Both the position numbers and the translations under genes were made by a program. From the NCBI GenBank assembly GCA_963797125.1, contig CAWCOI010000005.1, positions 177,598-241,597 of the forward strand: a stretch of DNA of 64,000 nt, given 5' to 3'. The DNA is from an uncultured Thermoleophilia bacterium. Lineage in GTDB: Bacteria > Actinomycetota > Thermoleophilia > Gaiellales > Gaiellaceae. Below are positions 23,246-36,185 of this stretch, in pieces (the stretch's first letter is position 1; each line of letters opens with the position of its first letter). Below the pieces are notes generated by a model. It was not told the DNA's origin. It made no database searches and worked only from the letters and a program-made list of their open reading frames with translations.

Positions 23246-24281
23246 GTGGCACGCGTCGCCCGCACCGAGCCGTCGCTGACCGAGTGGGCCGTGCTCGGGC
23301 TTCTTCGCGAGGGACCGGCGCACGGCTGGGACATCGCGCGCGCATTTGCGGAGGACGCTGAGGTCGGTCGCGTCTGGACTGTCAGTCGGCCGCTCGTCTA
23401 TCGCGCGATCACTGTCCTGCGCGAGCTCGGATACGTAGCCGATCGCGGCAGCACGCCGAGTGCGACAGGCCCGCAGCGGGTGCTGCTCGCTCCGACACCG
23501 CGTCGGCCGGCAGGCCCTTCGACGCTGGCTCGCGCGACCGACGGCCCACGTTCGCGATCTCCGCTCGGAGCTGCTGATCAAGCTGCTGCTCCTCGAACGA
23601 GCCGGGAGCGACAACGCACCGCTGCTGCGGGCTCAGCTCGAGCTCCTCGAGCACGGCGAGCTCGCCCTCGCGGCGCGCGTTGGCGAAGCCGAGGGATTCG
23701 ACCGCACGGTCGCCGTCTGGCGCCTGTCCACCGTCCGCGCGGCGCGGTCGTTCGTCGAGGCCGTGCTCGACGAGCGTGGAGGCGAGCCGGTGAACTACGA
23801 GGCGATCGGGCATGTCAGCTCGGCCCACGCCTCACTCGACGGGATGCCACTGCAGCCGGCGGCGGACGACTCCGGCCAGTCGCGGATCGTGCTCACGGAG
23901 CCGCATCGCGGCTCGCTCGTCGACCTCGACGGCTTCTCGCACGTCTGGGTGATCGCACACCTCCACGAGTCCGTGGGCTGGGCCGACACGGTCAACCCGT
24001 TTCTGGACGACCAGCCGCGCGGTACGTTCGCGACGCGCTCGCCCCACCGGCCGAACCCGATCTCGCTCTCGCTGTGCGCGCTCGTCGAGGTCACAGCCGA
24101 CGGCATCTCCGTCGAAGGGCTCGACCTGCTCGACGGCACGCCCGTGCTCGACATCAAGCCCTACGTGCCACTCTTCGACACTCCCGCCGGCCCGGTCTCG
24201 GCCGGCTGGTTCACCGGACGAGCGGAGCTGATCTTCGAGCGCACGTCCGATACGCGGTTCCGGCAGCGCAGCATGCGCTGA
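23246..24281 (+). CDS. PadR-family regulator apparently fused (or merged by an indel) to a second TsaA/YaeB-like domain
   Basis: wHTH LTEWAVLGLLREGPAHGWDIA plus PadR C-terminal GRQALRRWLARPTAHVRDLRSELLIKLLLLE (one frameshift near 23490). It then continues without a stop into VNYEAIGHVSS..GFSHVWVIAHLHE..GTFATRSPHRPNPISL..GTPVLDIKPYVP. A GTG with GGAGG Shine-Dalgarno at 23792 could alternatively start a separate TsaA gene. Confidence 0.7.
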
Positions 24282-24299
24282 CGCGGATAGCGTCGAGTC

Positions 24300-24972
24300 G
24301 TGCTCGAGCTCTTCCAGATCACCGGCTCGTGCAGCTTCGCGGCCCGCGCGGCGCTCGAAGAGGCAGGCGCCGACTACACCACCGTCGACGTGCATCCCGC
24401 GCAAGCGCGACGAGGCACCGGGCTTCGAGGCTGTGAACCCACTGCGCCGCGTTCCGGCGCTCCGCGACGGTGACGAGCTCGTCTACGAGACCGGTGCGGT
24501 CTTGCTCTACCTGGTCGAGCGCCTGCCGGGCCGCGGCCTCGGGCCGCTCCCCGGCGAGCCGGGCAGGGGCGAGCTCCTGCGCTGGGTGACGTGGCTCGCG
24601 GACACGCTCCACACCGCGTATCACCCGGTCGACGCGCCGCGGTTCCTGAGCGACGATCCGGCCGGCCACGATGGAATCCGGCTCAAGGGCCGCGAGAGGC
24701 TCGCTGCACACGGCGCGTACCTGGAGCGTCAGCTCGCCGGCCGCGCGTGGTGCCTCGGTGACCGGTTCTCGGTCGCGGACATCTACCTCTACATGCTCAA
24801 GGGCTGGGAGAGCTACTCGGACGGCGTCACGCTCGGCGGCGAGGTGCTCGCCGCCCACTACGAGCGCGTCGGGGCGCGGCCGGCGATCGCGCGAACGCGC
24901 GAGCTCGACGATCTCGACGAGCGGCTGCAGCGCTTTCACCCCGAGTTGCGGGCGGGGAAGCCGATCGGCTAG
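24300..24972 (+). CDS. glutathione S-transferase (one frameshift near 24400)
   Basis: GST N-terminal thioredoxin-like region (LELFQITGSCSFAARAALEEAG ... VPALRDGDELVYETGAVLLYL) and a C-terminal helical domain. Confidence 0.8.
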
Positions 24973-24978
24973 GCGCGG

Positions 24979-25953
24979 TCAGGGCAGGTCGCCGGCGAGC
25001 ACCGTCGCCGCGAGCGCAGGGTCTACGTTCCCCCCGGACACGACGAGCACCGTCGGCCCGTCGAGCGCGAACGCGCCGGTCTGGAGCGCCGCCAGCGTGA
25101 GCGCGCCCGTCGGCTCGACGACGAGCTTCGCCTCGAGCGCGAGCCAGCGCATCGCCTCCAGGACGGACTCGTTCGGGCACGGTCACGATCTCGTCGACGA
25201 GCGCCGAGATGGTCGCGAACGTCAGCTCGCCGAGGGCCTGGGTGCGGACGCCGTCGCAGATCGTCCGCGTCACATCGGCCGCCGGCCAGCTCACGATCCG
25301 TCCCTCGCGTAGCGACTCCTGCGCATCGGCCGCGAGCTCCGGCTCGACCCCGACCACGCGGGCTCCGGGGCAGAGCGCCTTGACCGCCGTCGCGACACCG
25401 GAGATGAGCCCGCCGCCCCCGATGGGAACGATGACGGTGGCGACGCCGGGAAGATCGCGTGCGATCTCGAGGCCGACCGTGCCCTGTCCGGCAATGATGC
25501 GCGCGTCGTCGAAGGGCGGGATGTACTCGAGCGAGCGAGCGTCGCGGATCTCGGCGGCCACGCGCTGGCGCTCCTCGCTCGAGTTGGCGCAGCGGACGAT
25601 CTCGGCGCCGTAGCGCGGCGGTGCGCGCGACCTTGACGGGAGCGGCGTTCTCGGGCATCACGATCGTGGCCGGGACGCCGAGCAGCGCCGCCGCGGCGGC
25701 AACACCCTGGGCGTGGTTCCCGCTCGAATCGGCGACGACGCCGCGCTCGATCGTCGCGAAGGGGGTGGAGGCAAGGGCGTTGAAGGCGCCGCGGAACTTG
25801 AACGAGCCGGTGCGCTGCAGGCTCTCGGGCTTGACGTAGACCTCGCCGTCGAGCGGCAGCCGGATGAGGGGTGTGCGCACGGCGACGTCGCTGGAGGCGC
25901 TCGGCGGCGGCTTCGACGTCCGCAAGCGAGACCGGGAGCGAGGGGACGGACAC
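24979..25953 (-). CDS. ilvA: threonine ammonia-lyase/threonine dehydratase (at least 3 frameshifts)
   Basis: PLP-lysine motif SLQRTGSFKFRGAFN and glycine-rich loop IVPIGGGGLISGVA. The N-terminus MSVPSLPVSLADVEAAAERL is in another frame. Confidence 0.8.
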
Positions 25954-26103
25954 CGTCCGATCTTAGAGTCGGCGGCCGCAACCGGCGTCCAGCTGTCGGC
26001 CAGAGCACCAGGCTGGAAATCTCAACGGACCGGGGCGGGAGAGGTGACCGGCTTCCGCCGGTCGCCGGTGGTGCGCAGCCTCCCATCGCGTACCCTCCTG
26101 CGC

Positions 26104-26946
26104 GTGAGCACCGACGAAGCCCCGGTCGAAGTCCCGGTCGAGCTGCACATCGTCTCCGACTCGACAGGCGAGACAGCGGCGCGCCTCGTTCTCGCACTCG
26201 AGGCCCAGTTCCCGGAGCAGGTCTTCGCGGAGGTCAGGCATCCGCGCGTCGAATCGGTCGACGACCTGCAGCTGGCCGTGGCAACCGCCCGCGGCCGGCC
26301 GGCCGTGATGGTGTACACGCTCGTCGAGCCCGGCCTGCGGGAGGCGATGCGCCTGCTCTGCCGCCGCGCCCGCGTGCACTACTGCGACCTGCTCGGCCAC
26401 CCGATCGACTCGATCGCGCGCGTCTCGGGCGTGGCGGCGCGGATGACGCCAGGTGCCCGCCCGCCGCTCGACCAGACCTACTTCAAGCGGATCGAGGCGA
26501 TCGAGTTCGCCGTCAAGTACGACGACGGTGTCGGAAGCGGCCTGGACGAGGCCGACGTGGTGCTCGTCGGCGTCTCGCGCACGTCGAAGACGCCGCTCTC
26601 GATCTACCTCGGCTACCTCGGTCACAAGGCCGCCAACGTGCCGATCGTGAAGGGCATCGACCCGCCTCCGGCCCTGTTCGAGATCGACCCGGTCAAGATC
26701 GTCGGGCTGACGATCGACGCCGAGCGGCTCTCGGAGATCCGCTCGAACCGGGTGGCCACGATGGGCGGGCCGAAGAAGCGCTATGCCGGGTTGCTCGACG
26801 TCTACGAGGAGCTCGACCAGGCGACGGCAATCCATCGCCGCCTCGGCTGTCCCGTGCTCGACGTCTCCGACTTCTCGGTCGAGGAGACGGCGATGCGCGT
26901 GATCAAGCTGGTCGCCGACCGCCAGCGAGAGCGGCGGCTCACGTGA
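26104..26946 (+). CDS. ppsR: pyruvate,phosphate dikinase / PEP synthetase regulatory protein (kinase/pyrophosphorylase, DUF299)
   Basis: LHIVSDSTGETAARLV and P-loop VLVGVSRTSKTPLSIYL; start taken as GTG 26104. Confidence 0.85.
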   Translation: MSTDEAPVEVPVELHIVSDSTGETAARLVLALEAQFPEQVFAEVRHPRVESVDDLQLAVATARGRPAVMVYTLVEPGLREAMRLLCRRARVHYCDLLGHPIDSIARVSGVAARMTPGARPPLDQTYFKRIEAIEFAVKYDDGVGSGLDEADVVLVGVSRTSKTPLSIYLGYLGHKAANVPIVKGIDPPPALFEIDPVKIVGLTIDAERLSEIRSNRVATMGGPKKRYAGLLDVYEELDQATAIHRRLGCPVLDVSDFSVEETAMRVIKLVADRQRERRLT

Positions 26947-27143
26947 GCGGCGGCAAGAGCCTCTGGCGGTCCGAGGGCCGGTCGATCGACGACAAGGGCT
27001 GGGTGCCGCTCCGTTACTGGTCGATGTGGTTCTTCGGCCTCGCCGTCGCCGTGATGGCGTTCTACGTGATCCTGACGCCGATCTGGATCGGACTTCGCGT
27101 CGCCGCCTGGGTGGCGGAGTTCAAGGCCCGCCGGCGGAGCTGA
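26943..27143 (+). CDS. small membrane protein (66 aa, two TM helices)
   Basis: GTG overlaps the ppsR stop (GTGA). The hydrophobic core is WSMWFFGLAVAVMAFYVILTPIWIGLRVAAWV. Convergently overlaps the ATPase gene end. Confidence 0.45.
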   Translation: MSGGKSLWRSEGRSIDDKGWVPLRYWSMWFFGLAVAVMAFYVILTPIWIGLRVAAWVAEFKARRRS

Positions 27144-27643
27144 CGAACGCATCGACCTCCGCCGGGCGTCCGGAGCCGCACGGTCGGGAACGCGGCCAGC
27201 CGGTCGGGATAGGTCCGGCGCCTCTGCCGAGTGCATCCGAAAGGCGAAAGGGATCAGCGCGTCCTTGCCTCCGATCGCGTCCTTGAGGGTCTCGCGGTTG
27301 CCGTTCCAGAGCTCCTCGCGGCGGACGATGCGGCGTGCCGTGCGCCGGATCAGCCGCGGCAGCCAGACGCGGATTGGCAGATCGAGCCACACGACCGTGT
27401 CGGCCTGCTCGAGGACGAGGTTGCCGAACTTCGAGCTGTAGTTGCCGTCGATCACCCAGCCGTCACCGGCGAGGATCGGCTCCAGGATTCGAACGAGCTC
27501 GTCGTCCGGCGTCTCCGTCCAGTTCGGCCCGTGCACGAGCGCATCGAGCTCGACGAACGGCACCTCCAGGATCGAGGCGAGCTGCTTGCCGAGTGTCGTC
27601 TTGCCGTTGCCCGAGCAGGTCGAGACGATCGAGACCCTCTTCA
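27121..27643 (-). CDS. P-loop NTPase (AAA/adenylate-kinase-like ATPase; 2 frameshifts near the 3' end)
   Basis: Walker A STCSGNGKTTLGKQLA. GTG start overlaps the stop of the upstream S51 peptidase gene (GTGA). The tail ...RPAEVDAFVSSAGGP is in another frame. Confidence 0.7.
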
Positions 27644-28331
27644 CGTGAGCAGGCGGGCTGCGATCGGTTCCTCGCCGGCGGCCGTGACGCGGTAGCCCCG
27701 CGCCCCGGGGCGGTCGGCCACGACCTCGACGAGCTCCGGCCCGCGGTAGACCGCGGCCGCGCCGTCGTCGCACGCGATCCCGGCCGGGAACCCGTTGGCG
27801 ACGAGGCGCGTGTAGACCGGTCGGCGCCGTTCCTCGCCGTCGTAGTGCGGGCAGTAGCTCCCGGCGAGCAGCCCGAGCCCGTCGTCGAGCCCGTCGAGCT
27901 CCTCCGAGAACGAATCGGTCACGCACGCCTCGAACCAGCAGTTGGCGCCGGCCGAGACACCGCCCAGGGCCGCGCCGCGCTCCCAGCGCATCGCGCAATG
28001 CGACATCGACTCCGTGGACGCGCCAGACGGCGAGCATGTTGGCGGTGTTCCCGCCCGCCACGACGACGACGTCGGCGGCCGCGACGTGCTCCGCGGGACG
28101 GTCCGGGATCCCGAAGGTGGTCGCGACGTGGATCGTGCAGTCTCGTGCACCCCAGGCGAGCTCGAAGGCCTCGATCGCGCGCTCGGAATCCCCGACTGCG
28201 GTCGGGAGAAAGACCACGTGGGGCCGCTCGCGCCCGGCGAGCCCGAGCAGGAGATCATCGAGCGGGGAGCTCGAATCACCGGAGAGGAACCCGCCACCAC
28301 CCATCGCTACGACGTGCCCCGGCATCGGCAT
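27640..28331 (-). CDS. peptidase E-like (family S51 / type-1 glutamine-amidotransferase-like) protein (one frameshift)
   Basis: MPMPGHVVAMGGGGFLSG..HVVFLPTA.. then ALGGVSAGANCWFE (catalytic Ser region) in the second frame. Confidence 0.75.
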
Positions 28332-28420
28332 ATCCTCGCACGCAGGCGCGAGGGCAAGCGGCAGCTGACGGCTCGTCGGCACCTGTTCAGAGACGGTGCT
28401 TTGTGTGCGAGGATCACGCC

Positions 28421-31021
<2,601 letters not shown>

Positions 31022-31035
31022 CCGGTCGAGACCGC

Positions 31036-31068
31036 GGTGAGGCTTCAGCCTCACCCGCGCGTCCCGTC
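31036..31068 (+). repeat. hairpin element GGTGAGGCTTCAGCCTCACC plus conserved tail (family with copies at 37948 and 38891)
   Basis: 8 bp stem / TTCA loop. 33 nt are near-identical to 37948-37983. It lies 25 nt upstream of the SPFH gene ATG. Confidence 0.45.
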
Positions 31069-31093
31069 CGCCGCCACCGACTAGATTCGCCCC

Positions 31094-32058
31094 ATGAGCG
31101 TCACCTCGATCGCAACACTCGTCATCGGCGTCGGCATCGGGCTGATCGTCCTGATCGCGATCGCCCGCACGGTGCGGATCGTGCCGCAGGCAAGCACCGG
31201 CATCGTCGAGCGGCTCGGGCGCTACCAGCGCACGCTCGATCCCGGCCTCCACTTCCTCGTGCCCGTTCCTCGATCAGCTCCGGCCGCTCGTCGACATGCG
31301 CGAGCAGGTGGTTGCGTTCCCGCCGCAGCCCGTGATCACGCAGGACAACGTGACGATCTCGATCGATACGGTCTTCTACTTCACCGTGACGGACGCGTTT
31401 CGCGCCACCTACGAGGTTGCCTCGCTCCTCTTCGCGATCGAGCAGCTCACGGTCACGACCCTCCGCAACGTGATCGGCTCGCTCTCGCTCGAGGACGCGC
31501 TCACCTCGCGTGACAAGATCAACGCCGACCTCCGGATCGTGCTCGACGAGGCGACCGAGCGCTGGGGCCTGCGCGTGAACCGGATCGAGCTGAAGTCGAT
31601 CGACCCGCCGAGCTCGATCCAGGAGGCGATGGAGAAGCAGATGCGGGCCGAGCGCGAGCGCCGTGCCGTGATCATCAACGCCGAGGGCGTCAAGCAGGCG
31701 CAGATCACGACCGCCGAAGGCGAGAAGCAGGCCGCGATCCTCACGGCCGAAGGCGCGAAGACGGCGACGATCCTCACCGCCGAGGCCGCCAAGCAGTCGG
31801 CGATCCTCCACGCCGAGGGCGAGGCCGAGGCGACACGCCAGGTCTTCCAGGCGATCCATGACGGCAACCCGTCGCCCGACCTCCTCAGCTACCAGTACAT
31901 CCAGAACCTGCCGCGGGTCGCCGACGGGCAGTCGATGAAGCTGATGATCATCCCGTCGGACGCGATGGCGACGATGGGTGCGGTTGCGGCGCTCGGCGGC
32001 GGCTTCCAGTCCGGCGAGGACACGGCCGCGGACGGCCCCGCCTCCGAGAGCGCGCTAG
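31094..32058 (+). CDS. SPFH/band-7 (stomatin/QmcA-like) membrane protein (frameshift near 31260)
   Basis: N-terminal TM then an SPFH core ([34 protein letters not shown]). The C-terminal coiled coil is rich in EAEG/AKQ repeats. Confidence 0.85.
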
Positions 32059-32060
32059 CC

Positions 32061-32536
32061 GTGGCGGCGGTCGTCTGGATCGTCATCGCGCTCGTCCTCT
32101 TCGGGGCCGAGCTCCTGACGCTGTCGTTCGTGGCGTTCTATCCGGCGCTCGGCGCGCTCGCCGCCGCTGTCGCGGCGCTGCTTGGCGGCAACGTCGGGGT
32201 CCAGGTGATCATGTTCGCGGTCGTCACGGTCGCGATCGCTGCTGCTGACGCGCAAGCCGCTGCTGCGGCTGATGAAGCGGACGCCGTCCGTGCCGTCGAA
32301 CGCCTCGAACGTGATCGGCCGCCGGGCGGTCGTCGTGATCGACGATCGAGCCGGGGCCGGGCGAGCGCGGGCAGGTGCGGGTCGGCACCGAGCACTGGAG
32401 CGCGAAGTCCGAGAACGAGCAGCCGATTGCCGAGGGAACGACGGTCGAGGTCGTGCGGATCGACGGGGTCGCGCTCGTCGTGCGGCCCGTCGACGGCGAG
32501 TGCCGGCGCTCGCTCAGACGGCGTAGCCGCGGACGC
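32061..32536 (+). CDS. NfeD-like short membrane protein (YbbJ-like partner of the SPFH protein; frameshifted)
   Basis: TM region VVWIVIALVLFGAELLTLSFVAFYPALGAL. The C-terminal OB-fold motif GQVRVGTEHWSAKSENEQPIAEGTTVEVVRIDGVALVVRPV is in another frame. Confidence 0.6.
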
Positions 32537-33370
32537 GAGCGTACGCGAGCGCGACGGCCGACGACGCCGACGCCGACCGCGATCAGCGATTCCGAGCGCC
32601 CGCTCGGCGGAATCCGGAAGCGCAGCAGCGCATAGGTCGCGACGATGCCGCCGGCGAGGCCGCCGAGATGGCCGCCGATCGAGATCCCGGGAACGGCGAA
32701 CGTGAAGGCGAGGTTGACGAGGATCAGCACCATCGCCTGGCCCATCAGGGATCCGGTCGCGAGGTACTCGAGGATGAGCAGCGCGCCGATAAGGCCGAAG
32801 ATCGCACCCGGACGCTCCGACGGTGACCGCGCCGCGGCGAGCTGAACCAGAGTGCTCCTGCCGATCCCGCGAGCCCCGAGACGAAGTAGACGAGCAAGAA
32901 GTCGTGGCGTCCCGAGCGCCTGCTCGACGATCGTCCCGAGCCAGTAGAGCGCGAGCATGTTGAACGCGATATGGAGGATGCTGCCGTGCAGGAACATGGC
33001 GGTCGACGAGCCGCCACCAATCGCCGTTCGAGACTGCGGATCCCTGCAGAGCCCAGTCGCTGAAGAGCTTGCCGCCGGGCAGGTTGATGCCGCCGCCCTG
33101 GGAGGCGGTGAGACGTAGACGATCACGTTGAGCGGCGATCAGCACGATCGTGGCCGGCGCCTGGAACGACCGCGTCGCGCGCTCGATGTTCTGCAGCGTC
33201 CGCTGCGGCGACTGCTTGACCGCTCCGATGTTCGCGTGCTCGGGGCAGCGGATCCCCACCGGTGCGAACGTCATGCACTCTTCGCAGATCGGGCGTCCGC
33301 ACTCGGAGCACGACACGCGCGTCTCGCGGTCCGGGTGGCGGTAGCAGTGGGGCGTTGGCGTCTCCGACAT
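32524..33370 (-). CDS. rhomboid-family intramembrane serine protease with N-terminal zinc ribbon (at least 3 frameshifts)
   Basis: N-terminus CYRHPDRETRVSCSECGRPICEEC. Rhomboid motifs FLHGSILHIAFNMLALYWLG, catalytic GASGAIFGLIGAL and GGHLGGLAGG are spread across three frames. Confidence 0.8.
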
Positions 33371-33389
33371 GGACGGCTAGCGTAGCGGC

Positions 33390-34094
33390 GTGCACGTTCA
33401 TGTCGCCTTCACTCCGGACGAGTCCGCAGCGGCCCCGACCGGCGTTGTGATCGACGTGATCCGGGCGACGTCGACGATCTGCCAGGCGCTCGCAAGCGGG
33501 TACGAACGCGTCTGGTGTGCGGCTGAAGTCGAGGACGCACGCGCCCTCGCCGATGAGGGCGGCGTCACGCTCGGTGGCGAGCGCCTCGGCGTGCTGATCG
33601 ACGGGTTCGACCTCGGCAATTCGCCCCGTGAGTACCTCACCGTGAGGACGCCGATTCTCGCCATGTCGACGACGAACGGCACGCGGGCGATCGTCACGGG
33701 TGCCGAGCGCTGCGAGCGGGTTCTGATCGCGTCGCTCCTCAACCTCGCCGCGGTGACCGAGGCGGCGCGTGCGCACGGGGACGACGTCGCGATCTTCTGC
33801 GCCGGGGTCAAGGGCGCGTTCGCGCTCGACGACAGCTACGTGGCCGGCCGGATCGCCGGTCTCCTCGGCGACGACCGCAGCGACGCGGCCGAGGCGGCAG
33901 TGCGCCTGGCGGCGTCGTACGCGACGGCCGAGGAGGCATTTCGCGCCTCGCGCAGCGGCCGCAACCTGATCAACCACGGCCCGGAGCTCGAGGCCGACAT
34001 CCCGTATTGCGCCCGCGAGAGCGTGCTCACCGTCGTGCCCCGCCTCGTCGGGATGCACGGCATCGCCGCCGAGATCACTGCGTCCGAGGCGTAG
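33390..34094 (+). CDS. comB: 2-phosphosulfolactate phosphatase family protein
   Basis: 234 aa intact; ComB-family similarity (VIDVIRATSTI ... GFDLGNSPRE). Confidence 0.82.
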   Translation: MHVHVAFTPDESAAAPTGVVIDVIRATSTICQALASGYERVWCAAEVEDARALADEGGVTLGGERLGVLIDGFDLGNSPREYLTVRTPILAMSTTNGTRAIVTGAERCERVLIASLLNLAAVTEAARAHGDDVAIFCAGVKGAFALDDSYVAGRIAGLLGDDRSDAAEAAVRLAASYATAEEAFRASRSGRNLINHGPELEADIPYCARESVLTVVPRLVGMHGIAAEITASEA

Positions 34095-34102
34095 CGCTCC
34101 GC

Positions 34103-35435
34103 GTGCGCGTAGCGATCGTCCTCTTCACCCGCGACCTCCGCATCCACGACAATCCGGCGCTCGCAGCCGCGATCGAGGCGGCCGAGCGCGTGCTTCCCCT
34201 GTTCGTACACGACGACGGGATCCTTGGCACCCGCTACGGCGCTGCGGCGGGTCGGCTCACGTTCCTGCGCGACTCGCTTTGCGATCTCGATCTCTCGCTG
34301 AGAGGGCTCGGCGGGGCGCTCGACGTGCGACGCGGGGACGTGGTGGCCGAGACCGTTCGCGCTGCTCGCGACGTCGGAGCGGCCACCGTCTTCGCGAGCG
34401 CTGATGTCAGCCCGTACGCGATCGAGCGGCAACGGAGACTCGCGGCCGAGGTCGACCTTCGTCTGGTCGACGGCAACTACGTCGTTCCCGGCGGCGAGGT
34501 TGCGCCGACGGGCAACGACCACTACCAGGTCTTCTCGCCCTATCACCGCGCCTGGTCGGAGGCACCGTGGGGGACTCCGGCCGCGACGCCACGCGCGATC
34601 CGCCTGCCCGACGGCGTGACGCCGGTAGCCGAAGGACTTTGTGTGGATTCAACCCAAGCGTGCGCCAGTCGGCGGCGAAACGGTGGGCGTCGAGCGGGCG
34701 AGGGTCTGGCTGCAGGAGCAGCTCGGCGGCTACGGCACGGGCGGCCACGACGAACTCGCCGCCGACGCGACCTCGCGGCTCTCGCCCTACCTGCACTTCG
34801 GCTGCGTCTCGGCGCGCGCCCTCGCCGTGCGCGCCCGGGAGCTCGGCGGCGACGCCTTCACGCGCCAGCTCTGCTGGCGCGACTTCTATGCGCAGATCCT
34901 CCTGGCACGTCCCGAGACCCAGGTCGACGACATGCGCACCCGCGGCGACCGGTGGCTCGACGACCCGGAGGGACTTGCAGCCTGGAAGGAAGGCATGACC
35001 GGCTTCCCGCTCGTCGACGCCGGCATGCGGCAGCTCCGCGCCGAGGGGTGGATGCACAACCGCGCGCGCATGGTCACCGCGTCGTTCCTCGTCAAGGACC
35101 TGGGGATCGACTGGCGCGAGGGTGCGCGCCACTTCTTCGACCTTCTGCTCGACGGCGATGTGGCACAGAACGTCGGGAACTGGCAGTGGGTGGCCGGCAC
35201 GGGCGTCGACACACGCCCGAACCGCATCTACAACCCGACCGCCCAGCTGAAGAAGCTCGACCCGGATGGTGTCTACGCGAGACGGTATGTGCCCGAGCTC
35301 GAGGACGTGCCTGTTCGGTACATCGCCGAGCCTGGCCTGCTGGCGCCTTCGTATCCGCGCCCGATCGTCGACCATGCGCGGGCGGCGGCGGCGTTCCGCG
35401 AGCGGCGGGGTCTCGGAGATAGCCTGGAGCAATGA
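34103..35435 (+). CDS. phr: deoxyribodipyrimidine photolyase (one frameshift near 34640)
   Basis: Photolyase N-terminal alpha/beta domain (VLFTRDLRIHDNPAL) and the FAD-binding domain (WRDFYAQIL..GWMHNRARMVTASFLVKDL..NVGNWQWVAGTG). Confidence 0.9.
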
Positions 35436-36173
35436 GCGCTGACCACGACGAGCGGCGCGAGCGGGCGGCATCGTTCGCGGTTGTCGCGGACTCCTACGAG
35501 CGGTCGCGGCCCGGATATCCCGACGACGCCGTCCGCTGGCTCGCGGGCGAGGTGCCGTGCGACGTCGTCGACCTCGGCGCCGGCACCGGAAAGCTGACGC
35601 GATCCCTTGTCGCGCTCGGCCACCGGGTGACCGCGGTCGAGCCGCTTCCCGAGATGCTCGAGCAGCTGCGGGTAGCCGTGCCGGAGGCAACGGCCGTCGA
35701 GGGTGGAGCCGAGGCGATCCCGCTTGCAGCCGAGAGCGTCGACGTCGTCACCGCTGCCCAGGCCTTCCATTGGTTCGACCACGGCCCTGCCCTGCGCGAG
35801 ATAGCGCGGGTGCTGCGACCCGGTGGCCACATCGCGCTCGTCTGGAACCGTCCGCGACGAGAGCGAGACCTGGGTGAGCCAGCTGAGCGACGCAATGGTC
35901 GGGAGGACGGGCATCGACTACGGCGCCGCCGAGCCGATCGATGCGAGTGGGCTCTTCGGGCCGGTCGAGCACGCCGTCTTCAGCCATGTCCACGAGGTCG
36001 ATCGGGAGATGCTGATCGAGCTCGTGCGGTCACGCAGCTACTGCGCCGTCCTCACCGAGGAAGAGCGGGCGCCCGTGCTCCAGAAGGTTGACGATCTCTT
36101 CACGGAGCACGCCCATGACGGCGTCGTGCAGCTGCCGTACCTGACCGAGTGCTTCCGCGCCCCACGGCTCTGA
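35432..36173 (+). CDS. class I SAM-dependent methyltransferase (one frameshift near 35860)
   Basis: Motif I VVDLGAGTGKLT and TAAQAFHWFD. The C-terminal third is in the +1 frame. Confidence 0.8.
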
Positions 36174-36185
36174 GGCTCTGACGGC

